Positions 12,751-22,474 of a DNA stretch of 64,000 nucleotides are shown here, piece by piece. The notes below the pieces were generated by a model. It had not been told where the DNA came from. It saw nothing but the letters and a program-made list of their open reading frames with translations, and searched no databases. A program made the position numbers and the translations under genes. The stretch is from Minisyncoccota bacterium (lineage in GTDB: Bacteria; Patescibacteriota; Minisyncoccia; Phycocordibacterales; UBA6065). The stretch is from the NCBI GenBank assembly GCA_035714745.1, contig DASTLR010000007.1, forward strand, positions 70,205-134,204. Reading direction: 5' to 3'. Every line of letters begins with the position of its first letter. Position 1 is the first letter of the stretch.

Positions 12751-13173
12751 CTATTGGCAGAGCCCGGCGCTCGACGTCAGCGTGCCGACCTTGAACACGC
12801 CCTGGCTGTTATCCGCGCACAAGACGCTGCCTCCCTTGAGGGATACCGATACGGCCCATTTCGTGCCGCTGGAATCTGTCGAGCAGGTCGGGCTGCCCGC
12901 CGCGTTGCTCTGGATATTGGCGATGATGGCCGCGGCTTTGGCGCTCGTAAAGAAATGCGTCCCCGACGTGCAGCTCGAGACCGATGTTCCCAGGGACGAA
13001 GCCGTATCCAGATAGTTCTGTCCCTCGACGTAGAGCTGCTTCATGCCGGCCTTTGCGGCGGCGTCATAGTTCTTCGTCCGGGCAGAATTAAGCGAAGCCA
13101 GCACGACCGAGGACAGGATGCCTATGATCGCGATGACGACAAGAAGTTCGATGAGGGTGAATCCTTTTTTCAT
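12751..13173 (-). CDS. Type IV pilin
   Basis: [28 protein letters not shown]. Confidence 0.92.
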   Translation of the reverse strand: MKKGFTLIELLVVIAIIGILSSVVLASLNSARTKNYDAAAKAGMKQLYVEGQNYLDTASSLGTSVSSCTSGTHFFTSAKAAAIIANIQSNAAGSPTCSTDSSGTKWAVSVSLKGGSVLCADNSQGVFKVGTLTSSAGLCQ

Positions 13174-13233
13174 GTAGTTTAGTATAGCAAAAGAAAGCCG
13201 CCCTGTGAGGGTGGCTTTCCCGCCGCGATGCGG

Positions 13234-13722
13234 CTAGATGCAGGCTCCGGACGATACGCCCGTCGAAGGCGTGTCAGCCGTGATGGTGACCTGCTTCGAG
13301 GCTCCCGTGGAATCGACGCACCACGCCGTGGTGTTCGAAGCCTTGAGCTGCGCTACGACCGCCCAGGCAGTAGCGGGGTTGGCGTTCAGGGCACAATATA
13401 CCTTTCCGGTTCCGGCAGAGCTTACCGCTCCCGCGACCTGGTTCTTGATGGTGGTGTCTGCGTAAAGGGTCGAGGTAAGGGCGGCGCAGCCGGTGTTCAC
13501 GACGGCAGTGGCGGTCAGCGTCGCGTTAGCGCCGTAGTTGCCGTTCGAATCATAATAGATCTCCGCCTGAGGCCTGATCGAGGCAAGCTGGGATTTGATG
13601 GCCGAATCCGAGCCCTTTGCGCGGGCGGTGTTAAGCGAAGCCAGCACGACCGAGGACAGGATGCCTATGATCGCGATGACGACGAGGAGTTCGATAAGGG
13701 TGAAACCCTGTCTCTTGTTCAT
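13234..13722 (-). CDS. Type IV pilin, probable major pilin
   Basis: [25 protein letters not shown] and WCVDSTG. Has its own upstream AT-rich region and a downstream terminator. Confidence 0.92.
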   Translation of the reverse strand: MNKRQGFTLIELLVVIAIIGILSSVVLASLNTARAKGSDSAIKSQLASIRPQAEIYYDSNGNYGANATLTATAVVNTGCAALTSTLYADTTIKNQVAGAVSSAGTGKVYCALNANPATAWAVVAQLKASNTTAWCVDSTGASKQVTITADTPSTGVSSGACI

Positions 13723-13829
13723 GTCTGAATGATTAAATGATAATGCCTTTAAGCTCTTATAGTATACAGAATCCTTGATTTATAAGGGTCAAGGGGCTGG
13801 GGATAACCCATTTAAACCCTTTTACGCCC

Positions 13830-15038
13830 TTACGAGATATTGGACGAGATGTTATATATAGGGATCAGCACGGAAGCGAGCAGGAATCCCACGCCCAGGC
13901 CGAGCAAGACGATCATGGCCGGCTCGATCAGGTCTACCAGGGTATCGACGGCGTTTATGACCTCCCTGCTGTAAAAGGCCGAAAGGGTCTTCAATATCTT
14001 GCCCAATTCGCCGGATTCCTCGCCCACCTTGATCATCTGGATCATCATGCCGGGAATCACTTTTTTGCCGGACAGGGCATCGGAGACCGATTTTCCGCCT
14101 TTAACCTCTTCGGTGGCGTCGTTCAGGACCTTCTTGTAGATCTCGTTGGAGACCACGCCAGAGGTCAGCTCCAGGGCTCGCACCATCGGGATCCCCGAGA
14201 TGATCATGGTATTCATGTTATCCGATATGCGAGAAAGGTAGAGCTTCTGATAGAGGTTCTTGACGTACGGGACCCGGATCTTTAGGTCGTCGAGGGCCAC
14301 CTTTCCCGTCGGCGTGCGGAAGAAGCGGAACAGGAACACGGCCACGACGATCAAAAGCGGCACGGCGAATATGCCATACGTCGTCAATATGTGCGAGAAG
14401 CCGATGACGAAGCGGGTGTAGAGCGGTATCTCCTGGCCTGATTCGGTCAGGATGGTAGATATCTTCGGTATGACCACGGTCAGCATCAGGATCATGACGG
14501 TAAAGAAGGTCATGATGACGAAGGCGGGATAGATCAGGGCGTTGCGCGCCTTGGAGTTCACCTCGTAGGTCCTGTCCAGGTAGTCGGCCAGGAAGATGAA
14601 GACTTCGTCGAGCTTACCGGACTCCTCGCCCGAGCGGACCATATTCACATAGAACTCGCTAAATATCTTTGGGTGCTTGGAGAGCGCCTTCGATATCGAG
14701 CTGCCGGCCTGCAGCTCGTCCGCGATCAGGGTCAAGGCCTTGCCCAGGGCCTTGTTCTCGACCTCGGCGGCGATCAGGCGGAAGACGCGCAAGGCCGAGA
14801 CCTGGGCCTCGAACAGCGTCGCCAGCTGGCGCGAGAGGACGACCACGTCCTTGTTCGAAACCCCCGAGAAGAGAGAGATGTCGTGCTGGAAGAACGGCAC
14901 CTTGCCGGCATCGGCGATGTTCTTGATGACTAATCCCCGCCTCTGCAGCGAGGTGATGGCGACGTCGACGTTAATGGCGTCGATCGAGCCCTTCGACTCG
15001 TTGCCCGACTGGTCTACTGCGCTGTAGTTGAATAGCAT
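13830..15038 (-). CDS. pilC: Type IV pilus inner-membrane platform protein
   Basis: Two T2SSF repeats: GEESGKLD...ALIYP and GEESGEL...LIEP. Confidence 0.93.
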   Translation of the reverse strand: MLFNYSAVDQSGNESKGSIDAINVDVAITSLQRRGLVIKNIADAGKVPFFQHDISLFSGVSNKDVVVLSRQLATLFEAQVSALRVFRLIAAEVENKALGKALTLIADELQAGSSISKALSKHPKIFSEFYVNMVRSGEESGKLDEVFIFLADYLDRTYEVNSKARNALIYPAFVIMTFFTVMILMLTVVIPKISTILTESGQEIPLYTRFVIGFSHILTTYGIFAVPLLIVVAVFLFRFFRTPTGKVALDDLKIRVPYVKNLYQKLYLSRISDNMNTMIISGIPMVRALELTSGVVSNEIYKKVLNDATEEVKGGKSVSDALSGKKVIPGMMIQMIKVGEESGELGKILKTLSAFYSREVINAVDTLVDLIEPAMIVLLGLGVGFLLASVLIPIYNISSNIS

Positions 15039-15053
15039 GGGTGTGAGATGTGG

Positions 15054-16127
15054 TTACATGAGCCTCTCGAGGACCTTTGGGTTCGGCGAATACAGATAGG
15101 CGTTCTCGGCGGTGATCTGGCCTCGGCGGACCAGCTCGGCCAGCGAGCGGTTCATGTCTATCATGCCCTGGTCCAGGCCCGTCTCGATGACCGTGGTTAT
15201 CTCGTGCACGCGCCGCTCGCGGATCAGATTCTGCACGGCCGGCGTCGATACCAGGAGCTCGTAGGCCGGGACCAGCCCTCCCGAGATCGACGGGATGAGG
15301 CGCTGGGAGAATATGCCCGTCAGAGTGGCCGCTAGCTGGATGCGGATCTGGTCCTGCTGGGCGGCCGGGAACGAATCGATGATGCGGTTGATGGTCTGCG
15401 AGGCGTTATTGGTATGGAGGGTGGAAAAGACCAGGTGACCGGTCTCGGCGGCGGTCACCGCCGTGGCCATGGTCTCGATGCCGCGCATCTCGCCGATGAG
15501 GATGACGTCGACGTCCTCGCGAAAGACCGAGCGCAAGGCCGTCGAGAAGTCCAAGGTATCCAGCCTGACCTCGCGCTGATCGATCATGGACTTCTTCTGC
15601 TCGTAGATGTATTCGATCGGATCCTCGATGGTGATGATGTGCTCGGCGCGGGTCTCGTTGATGCGCTCGATCATGGCGGCCAGGGTCGTGGTCTTGCCGT
15701 GCCCTACAGGGCCAACGACCAGGAAGAAGCCCTGCTGCTTCTCGACGAAGGTCTCGAGCACCGGCGGCAGGTTCAGCTCCTCGAACGAGCGGATCTTCTT
15801 CGGTATCAGGCGAAAGGCGAACGAGATGCGGCCCTGCTGGAAATAGCCGTTGCCGCGGAAGCGCGCCTTGTCTCCGTAGCTGTACGAGAAGTCGATCTCC
15901 TTGTTCCTTTGGAAAAGCTCGGCATCCTCGGGAGTGAGGACCGCGGGGATGTAGCCGATCATGTCCTCTTTGGTCAGGATCCTGCGATTCATCAAAGGGA
16001 TGAGGAAACCCGCCACGCGGACCGTGGGATACCTGCCCACCGACAGATGCAGGTCCGAGGCGGACTCCTTCATGACGGTCTCGACAAGCTCCTCGAACTC
16101 CTTCTTATAGTCGATGTTTGGCTGCAT
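15054..16127 (-). CDS. pilT: Type IV pilus retraction ATPase
   Basis: ASDLHL, GPVGHGKTTT, TIEDPIEY and AETGHLVFSTLHT motifs. Confidence 0.93.
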   Translation of the reverse strand: MQPNIDYKKEFEELVETVMKESASDLHLSVGRYPTVRVAGFLIPLMNRRILTKEDMIGYIPAVLTPEDAELFQRNKEIDFSYSYGDKARFRGNGYFQQGRISFAFRLIPKKIRSFEELNLPPVLETFVEKQQGFFLVVGPVGHGKTTTLAAMIERINETRAEHIITIEDPIEYIYEQKKSMIDQREVRLDTLDFSTALRSVFREDVDVILIGEMRGIETMATAVTAAETGHLVFSTLHTNNASQTINRIIDSFPAAQQDQIRIQLAATLTGIFSQRLIPSISGGLVPAYELLVSTPAVQNLIRERRVHEITTVIETGLDQGMIDMNRSLAELVRRGQITAENAYLYSPNPKVLERLM

Positions 16128-16527
16128 AGATCTTTTCTACTTCGTGCAGTACCTCGGAAGGGATGGTGGCGGCCTTGACGATGTAACCGTCGACCCCCAG
16201 CTCCTTGGCGCGTTCGATGTCGGACGATTGGCTCTGGTTGGTCAGCATGATGACGATAGAATCCTGGACAAGCTTCTCCGCGCGGATGGTCTTGAGCAGC
16301 TCCAAGCCGTCCATATACGGCATGACGATGTCCAAAAGAAGGATATCCGGCTTGGCCCCTCCGCGAAGCTTCTCCAGTGCGGCCAGCGATCCCACGCCGG
16401 TATCGACGTCATAGCCGTTATTGACGAACTTCAGCGAATACATGCCCAAGAGGAACTTATCGTCGTCGACGATCATCACTTTGATGCCCTTCTTCGGCAC
16501 GTTCTTGGTTGGTTGTACTGGTGGCAT
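16105..16527 (-). CDS. Single-domain response regulator (receiver only)
   Basis: IVDDD...LLDIVMP.MDG...LTN...YIVK. Confidence 0.9.
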   Translation of the reverse strand: MPPVQPTKNVPKKGIKVMIVDDDKFLLGMYSLKFVNNGYDVDTGVGSLAALEKLRGGAKPDILLLDIVMPYMDGLELLKTIRAEKLVQDSIVIMLTNQSQSSDIERAKELGVDGYIVKAATIPSEVLHEVEKIYAAKHRL

Positions 16528-16567
16528 ATAGGGGATTTTTGCTTGGGGTTAGTATAGCACGCGGCGG

Positions 16568-18277
16568 CTAGAGCCTATTCACCTCGCTCCATGGGATCTC
16601 CTTCCTAAAGGCCTTGAACATGGCGTCCTCCCTCATGGTCGTCATGCCCTTTGCTCGAGCCATCTTGTAGATGGTCTGCTCGTCTGAATTTGCGAGGATG
16701 GCCCTCTCGAGGTCTTTGTCCATCTCGATGACCTCTGCGACGGCCATGCGCCCGCGCGTGCCGGCCGGACAGGTGGCCGAAGGCTGGGCCTCCAGAACGA
16801 CCTTCGGCGTCTGGATCGACTTGCGGTACTGCTCCGGCAGGTCGGCGAACTGCTTCTGGATCATCACTTCGAGCGAGCCCTCGATAGGCACCTCCTTGCC
16901 TCCCTCGCAGAGCTTCGAGACCAGGCGCTGGGCCATGGCCAGGACCAGGGTCGGGGCGATGAGATAGGGATCGACGCCCATGTCCACCAGGCGAGGTATG
17001 ACGCCTATGGCGGTGTTGGTGTGGATGGTCGAAAAGACCAGGTGTCCGGTCAAGGCGGCCTGGATGGCAAGCTGAGCGGTCTCCTTGTCGCGGATCTCGC
17101 CCACCATGATGATGTCAGGGTCCTGGCGCAGGGTCGTGCGCAGTCCCGAGGCAAAGGTATAGCCGATCTCCGGCCTGACCTGGGACTGGTTGACGCCCTC
17201 CATGTTGTACTCGACCGGATCCTCGAGCGAGAGGACGTTCTTGGTCTCGTCGTTGATCTCCTTGAGCATGGCGTAGAGGGTCGTCGATTTACCAGAGCCG
17301 GTCGGGCCCGAGATGAGGATGAGGCCATAGGGGCGCTTCATAGCCTTCCTGATGGCGTCGACGTTGGCCTGAGAGAAGCCTATGTCCTCGAGCGACCGAA
17401 CGCCCTTCTCCTGGTCCAGGATTCGCATGACCACCTTTTCGCCGTAATAGGCCGGGAACGTCGAGACGCGGAAGTCGACCTTGCGGCCCTCGATGCGCGC
17501 CGAGAAGCGGCCGTCCTGCGGCTTGCGCTTCTCATCCAGCTTCATGTTGGAGAGGATCTTGATGCGGGCCACAACCGCGTCATGGACCTTGACCGGCAGG
17601 ACGAGCGACGTATGCAGGTCGCCGTCCACGCGGAAGCGCACGCGGACCTTGTCCGCAAGCCTCTCGATATGGATGTCCGAGGCGTTGCCTTCGACGGCAT
17701 AGCGCAGGATAGTGGCCACGATCTTGGTCACGGGGGCGTCCTCGATGATGACCGCTCCGCCGCCCTTGCCCGCCTCGCCTTCCTCTCCTGCCTCGGCGTC
17801 GACATCGGCGATGTCGGTCTCCAGCTCGTCCAACGCCTTGGTCACCTCGCCCGAGAGGCCCTTGTAGAGGGTGACGGCCTCCTGGAAGTCCTCCTCGGAG
17901 ATGAGGAAGACCTTGAAAGGCATGTTGACCTTCGAGGCGATGAAGTTCAGGGCGTCGCGGGCTTCGATGTCGTCAGGGTCGACCATGCCCACCTCCAGCA
18001 CGCTCTGCCTGACCGCAAGCGGTATCAGGCGATAATGGACGGCCGACTCCTCGGGGATGAATTTCAGGATATCGAAGGGGATGGTCTGGTCCTTGAGCGA
18101 CCGCGTCGGCACCCCGGCAGCCTCGCCCTTGGCGGCCAGGATAGCGGCGTCGTCCACCCCTTTCTTCTTGAGTACCGCCTCGAGCGGGGCTCCGGTAGAG
18201 CGCGACTCTTCGGCCGCCGAGACAGCGTCTTTCTTCTGCAGTGCGCCTTTGGCTACGAGGATGTCGAGTATGCTCAT
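16568..18277 (-). CDS. pilB: Type IV pilus assembly ATPase
   Basis: ASDIHIE, PQDGRF, GPTGSGKSTTLY and LRQDPDIIMVGEIRD motifs. Confidence 0.95.
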   Translation of the reverse strand: MSILDILVAKGALQKKDAVSAAEESRSTGAPLEAVLKKKGVDDAAILAAKGEAAGVPTRSLKDQTIPFDILKFIPEESAVHYRLIPLAVRQSVLEVGMVDPDDIEARDALNFIASKVNMPFKVFLISEEDFQEAVTLYKGLSGEVTKALDELETDIADVDAEAGEEGEAGKGGGAVIIEDAPVTKIVATILRYAVEGNASDIHIERLADKVRVRFRVDGDLHTSLVLPVKVHDAVVARIKILSNMKLDEKRKPQDGRFSARIEGRKVDFRVSTFPAYYGEKVVMRILDQEKGVRSLEDIGFSQANVDAIRKAMKRPYGLILISGPTGSGKSTTLYAMLKEINDETKNVLSLEDPVEYNMEGVNQSQVRPEIGYTFASGLRTTLRQDPDIIMVGEIRDKETAQLAIQAALTGHLVFSTIHTNTAIGVIPRLVDMGVDPYLIAPTLVLAMAQRLVSKLCEGGKEVPIEGSLEVMIQKQFADLPEQYRKSIQTPKVVLEAQPSATCPAGTRGRMAVAEVIEMDKDLERAILANSDEQTIYKMARAKGMTTMREDAMFKAFRKEIPWSEVNRL

Positions 18278-18289
18278 GGCGGGGATTCT

Positions 18290-18649
18290 TTACCGAGCGG
18301 GGCTGGTAGACGTCGACGCGGAGCCTGCGCCGGCCGACAGCGGCGCGAACGGATTCTGGCGGTACGGCTCCTCGCTCTGGAGGGTCTGGCCGAAGTCGCG
18401 GATCTGGCCGGACTGCAGAGCCGGGTTGAGCCGCTGGAATATGGAGTCGTCGAGGTGGATCTTGCGCAGCTGCTGGAGAGCCGCCAAGAGGGTGCCGTCG
18501 ATCGGCGCCGGGACGCTGCCCGCGTCGGTAGACGACAGCAGCTCGTCTCCCGATTGGTCGCGAGTGAAATAGAAATATGCCGCCACCGCCACGGCGATAA
18601 GGATGCCGCCGACCGTCAAGAGATTCTTCAGATTTCCTTTTTCTTTCAT
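18290..18649 (-). CDS. Hypothetical pilus-associated membrane protein (PilP position)
   Basis: N-terminal transmembrane segment and RQNPFAP motif. Lies between pilO and pilB. Confidence 0.65.
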   Translation of the reverse strand: MKEKGNLKNLLTVGGILIAVAVAAYFYFTRDQSGDELLSSTDAGSVPAPIDGTLLAALQQLRKIHLDDSIFQRLNPALQSGQIRDFGQTLQSEEPYRQNPFAPLSAGAGSASTSTSPAR

Positions 18650-18659
18650 AGCGGTTCGC

Positions 18660-19193
18660 TTATTTAAGCCAATAGGTCTTGACCGTCACCGTATAGTCAT
18701 AGAGCTGGCTCTGGTCGCTTGCCGAGAACTGGATGCCGGTGACGTCGATGATGCGCAAACTCCTCTCCAGGTCGCCCATGAATGCCAGAAAGGTCGCGTA
18801 TGTGGCCGTGGTGGTGAACGACATGGTCAGGGTGCCGTAGGCGCTGTCGCTTTTGCCGATGGTGTCTTTCTTTTCCGTGACGTCGGTCTTGAAGTTCCTG
18901 ATGCGCATGCCGTGGGACTTGGCCATCTCGTCGATGTCGATGACCAGGCGGATATTGTCGATGTTGTCCGGCAGCAGCTTCGCCAGGTTGGCGCGGTCCG
19001 CCTCGGATATGGCGTTATATTTCTTGAGGAGCTTCTCCCTCTCGGCCTGGAGCGACGCCGAGTTGTTCAGGGCGTTGTCGTATTGGGCCTTTTTTTCGGC
19101 AAGGAGCTTCGCCTTGCTATACGCAGGGTCGACATAGCCAAAGAAAAGGCCGATGGATGCGAGTATGAGGATGATGGAGACGATATTGCTCAT
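18660..19193 (-). CDS. pilO: Type IV pilus biogenesis protein PilO-like
   Basis: Transmembrane segment plus coiled coil, LLPD and Y..F..F...LE.SLRIIDV. Confidence 0.8.
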   Translation of the reverse strand: MSNIVSIILILASIGLFFGYVDPAYSKAKLLAEKKAQYDNALNNSASLQAEREKLLKKYNAISEADRANLAKLLPDNIDNIRLVIDIDEMAKSHGMRIRNFKTDVTEKKDTIGKSDSAYGTLTMSFTTTATYATFLAFMGDLERSLRIIDVTGIQFSASDQSQLYDYTVTVKTYWLK

Positions 19194-19768
19194 CGCGTCT
19201 GTTGGTTAGAGAGAAGGGCTGGGTCGATGTTCGTCGTCAGATTAAAGGCGACGGTGCCTTGCGCCTCCAGGGCCATGTCGGTAAGCAGCGTGCCCGACAG
19301 GCGCTTCTGGGCATTCAAGATGTCAGACTGCAGTGCTACCGCGGAATAGCTGGCCGCCTGGCCTTTCATCGATACGCCGATCTTGTCGGGGGCCAGGTAG
19401 CCGAAGCTGAAGTCCTTGAAGCGGACGCTCTTGAGCGTCACCGACGAGAGGAAATCGAAGAGCGGCGTGACATAGACATGGGACGAGAGCAGCTTTTTGG
19501 CCGTTTCGATGCGGGTATCCAGCCTGACGATCCTGTTGATCGTCTCGGGCTCAAAGGCGGCCTTTGCCCTATCGAGCGAAGCGGCCGCCGAATCGATCTG
19601 CTTCTGCAGGTAGCCTTGGTAGAAATAGACGCCGCCCGCCGCGGCGATGGCGATGGTAAAGACGATGGTCGCCAGCAGGACGAACAGGCTGATCGAAGAG
19701 GACGGCCGCGCCGTCGCCGCCGTTATCGGCTTCTTCGGTATGAACGATGATTGAAATCGAGGATCCAT
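19190..19768 (-). CDS. PilN-like protein
   Basis: SFIPKK, transmembrane segment, coiled coil and G.A.SY..VA.Q. Lies between pilM and pilO. Confidence 0.72.
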   Translation of the reverse strand: MDPRFQSSFIPKKPITAATARPSSSISLFVLLATIVFTIAIAAAGGVYFYQGYLQKQIDSAAASLDRAKAAFEPETINRIVRLDTRIETAKKLLSSHVYVTPLFDFLSSVTLKSVRFKDFSFGYLAPDKIGVSMKGQAASYSAVALQSDILNAQKRLSGTLLTDMALEAQGTVAFNLTTNIDPALLSNQQTR

Positions 19769-19850
19769 GATGCAAAGCTGGCGCAGAGGCCGCAAATCAC
19801 TCGCCTATTATACACCCGCCAGGAGCGAAGCTATCCCCATTTGCGACCCC

Positions 19851-20996
19851 CTACTCCGTCTCCTGCAATTTTCTGAGCGCGATGCCGATGGCCACGGCGA
19901 ATTCGGGGCCGGCGGTGCGCAGCACGGGCTCGAGGAAGGCGGGTGCCTCGGTCTTCGCGAAGGGGTCGCCGGCCACCACCTCGGTCTGGAAGCGCGTGCG
20001 GGCCAGATCCAGGAAGCCCTTGAGGAGGGTGCCGCCGCCGGTCAGGATGACCTTTGAGATGCTCTTGTTATACTTGCGCTCGTACGAGCCGATGACGCGA
20101 TTGGTCTCCGAGAAGATATAGTCCAGGTTCAGGGTGACGATCTCTTTGACCGCTTTGTTGTCCGGGTCGGGCGAGAGGCCGATGGTCCTCTTGATATGCT
20201 CGGCGTCCCCCACCGAGACGCCCAGCGAGCGCGAGAGGGCCAGGGTGATCTCCTGGGAACCGCGGTTTATCGTATGCGAGCTGCGCAGGATGCCGCGCTC
20301 GATGACGTTCAGCTTCGTCGTGCCCGCGCCCATGTCAAAGATCATCACCGACTCCAGGGACTGGTCCACGACCGAGCGCATCGAGCTGAAGACCTCGATC
20401 TCATAGAAGGTCGTCTCCAGGGCAGCGCCGCCCGAGATCTGGTTCAGCTTGTTCAGGACGTCGTTATGGATGACGACCAGGAGGACGTCGATGCCCTTGT
20501 CCGGGGGCGTTGCCGCGCCCGGAGCTGCGGATGCCGCCGGCTTCTCGAATTCCGAGAACGACCTCTCCTCCTTTGGCATGACCCACCAGTCCAAGGCCAC
20601 CTCGGTGATCGGCACAGGGATGTATTTGCGCGCCTCGATAGGGATCATAGCGGCCAGCTGCTTCTGATCCATCTCCGGCATGCGGATGAAGGACAGCAGG
20701 CTGGCCGCCGAGGAGATGGCGATGCCCGCGGATTTGGTAGTGACGTTCGACTCCTTGATCAGGTCGCGCAGGGCTTCGACGAGCTTGTCGTTCGGCAGGT
20801 TCGTGGCGCGGCCGATCTCGGTTCCGGCATACGGGCCTAGGGCCAGCTCGCCGTACGTCTCGAGCACGGCTTTGCCGCCCTTCTTGCGAAGCTGGACGAC
20901 CTTTATGGAAGAGGAGCCTATGTCGACGCCCAGGACGCTCTGGCTCTGCTTTTTCAGGAGGTCGCCGAACATCTTTCCTAGGAAAGGAATAGCCAT
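19851..20996 (-). CDS. pilM: Type IV pilus assembly protein PilM
   Basis: LGVDIGSSSIKVV, EARKYIP, DMGAGTT, LTGGG and AVAIGIALR motifs. Confidence 0.93.
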   Translation of the reverse strand: MAIPFLGKMFGDLLKKQSQSVLGVDIGSSSIKVVQLRKKGGKAVLETYGELALGPYAGTEIGRATNLPNDKLVEALRDLIKESNVTTKSAGIAISSAASLLSFIRMPEMDQKQLAAMIPIEARKYIPVPITEVALDWWVMPKEERSFSEFEKPAASAAPGAATPPDKGIDVLLVVIHNDVLNKLNQISGGAALETTFYEIEVFSSMRSVVDQSLESVMIFDMGAGTTKLNVIERGILRSSHTINRGSQEITLALSRSLGVSVGDAEHIKRTIGLSPDPDNKAVKEIVTLNLDYIFSETNRVIGSYERKYNKSISKVILTGGGTLLKGFLDLARTRFQTEVVAGDPFAKTEAPAFLEPVLRTAGPEFAVAIGIALRKLQETE

Positions 20997-21046
20997 ATAG
21001 GGAAAGTATAACACGGCAGCGGAGCGCGCGGCGGCCGCGCCGTTTC

Positions 21047-21087
21047 TTTATCTGGATTTTATCGCCCTCGTGTATGATCGCGGCATG
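21047..21087 (+). repeat. 41 bp inverted repeat, left copy; includes the -10 box and ATG of comF
   Basis: TTTATCTGGATTTTATCGCCCTCGTGTATGATCGCGGCATG is 39/41 identical to the reverse complement of 22356-22396. Confidence 0.9.
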
Positions 21088-21726
21088 GATCTTTTCCGGA
21101 ACATATTCGATTTCGTCCTCGAGACGCTCATGCCCGCTCATCCGCTGGTCCGGCGGGTTGAAAAGCTGGGCGTCCAGGCGTTCAGGCCCTGGCCCGTAGT
21201 CGGCGAATACCAGGGCTTCTTTTACCTGGCCTCGTACAAGCACCCAGCGGCCCAGGCAGCCATCCTCGACATCAAAAGCTACGGCAATCGGCGGATGGCG
21301 GCGATCGTCGGCAGAATGCTCGGCGAGGCGCTCGCCGATGGGTCCGTCGCCAAGCCGCCTCCCCTGCCGCTCGTCCTGCCCATTCCCATCACCAGCCGCA
21401 AGCGGCGCGAGCGCGGCTGGAACCAGTGCGAGCTGATCTTGGAAGGTCTCGCGCGGACAGACAGCGGCGTACGGTTCGAGGCCAGGAAGGATATCCTCGT
21501 CAAAACGCGCGAGAACGTCGATTCGGTCGGCCTCAGCAAAGCCCAGCGGCGCGAGAACCTTCGAAACTGCTTTGCCGTGCGGCCTCAAGCCGCCGCAGAG
21601 GTCGCCGGCCGCAGCGTCATAGTCATCGACGACGTCCTCACCACCGGCGCTACTTTTGCCGAAGCCCGCCGCGCCCTCCTCGCCGCCGGCGCGCGCAAGG
21701 TCCTCTGCGTGGCGATCGCTCATTGA
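21085..21726 (+). CDS. comF: ComF family phosphoribosyltransferase-like competence protein
   Basis: PIP....R.RERGWNQ, R.ENL..CF and VIDDVLTTGAT motifs. Confidence 0.9.
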   Translation: MDLFRNIFDFVLETLMPAHPLVRRVEKLGVQAFRPWPVVGEYQGFFYLASYKHPAAQAAILDIKSYGNRRMAAIVGRMLGEALADGSVAKPPPLPLVLPIPITSRKRRERGWNQCELILEGLARTDSGVRFEARKDILVKTRENVDSVGLSKAQRRENLRNCFAVRPQAAAEVAGRSVIVIDDVLTTGATFAEARRALLAAGARKVLCVAIAH

Positions 21727-22358
21727 CCCGTCAGCCTCAGCGGCTTTTCCGTGATGCTGTATATCCTCTCGTCCTTCAGCCGGGCGAGATTCTCTATGCC
21801 TTCGGAAATGGGAGTGTAGTCGCGCAGGATGAGGTCTTTCCTCTGAGCCGCCAGATGCGCAGCCACGCGAGGAAAGATCAGTCTGAACCAATAGGTATAC
21901 GCGTCGGGCGCCGCGGCCAAGTCCCGCTCGATGCGCGATGGCGTCGACCATTTCCAGTCGCTCGCCTCGCGCCTGTCGGAACGCGGATCGCGCTCGTATC
22001 GGCCGACGAAGACATGGTCGAATTCATGCTCGACCATGCCTCCCGGCAATTCGACGCAATACGTTAGGGCGAAGGCCTCGCGAAGCGAGCAGTCGAAGCC
22101 CATCTCTTCGCGCAGCCTGCGGTGCGCCGCCGATTCCAAAAGCTCGCCGGCGCGCGGGTGGCCGCAGCAAGCGTTCGACCAGAGCCCGGCCGAGTGGTAT
22201 TTCCTGCGCGAGCGCTTCTGCAACAGCCATTCTCCCCGGGAATTGAATATGAAGATGGAAAAAGCCTCGTGGAGCTCTCCCGCGCGATGCGCCGCGATCT
22301 TTTCCATGGCCCCGATCCTCTTGCCCGCCCTGTCTACCAGATTCAACGTCTCCTGCAT
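21720..22358 (-). CDS. idi: Isopentenyl-diphosphate delta-isomerase type 1
   Basis: K..AH..G.LH.AFS.FIFN, LLQKR...KYH..GLWSN.CCGHP and EHEFDHVF motifs. Confidence 0.93.
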   Translation of the reverse strand: MQETLNLVDRAGKRIGAMEKIAAHRAGELHEAFSIFIFNSRGEWLLQKRSRRKYHSAGLWSNACCGHPRAGELLESAAHRRLREEMGFDCSLREAFALTYCVELPGGMVEHEFDHVFVGRYERDPRSDRREASDWKWSTPSRIERDLAAAPDAYTYWFRLIFPRVAAHLAAQRKDLILRDYTPISEGIENLARLKDERIYSITEKPLRLTGQ

Positions 22359-22396
22359 GCCGCGAGCATACACGAGGCCGATAAAATCCAGATAAA
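22356..22396 (-). repeat. 41 bp inverted repeat, right copy; includes the -10 box and ATG of idi
   Basis: Minus strand reads TTTATCTGGATTTTATCGGCCTCGTGTATGCTCGCGGCATG. Confidence 0.9.
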
Positions 22397-22474
22397 ATCG
22401 GCCTGAAGAAAAGATAAAGACGCTCTGTAGGCCTATGCTGAACCGCTATCTGCGATGCAGATGAGAGCGACGCG

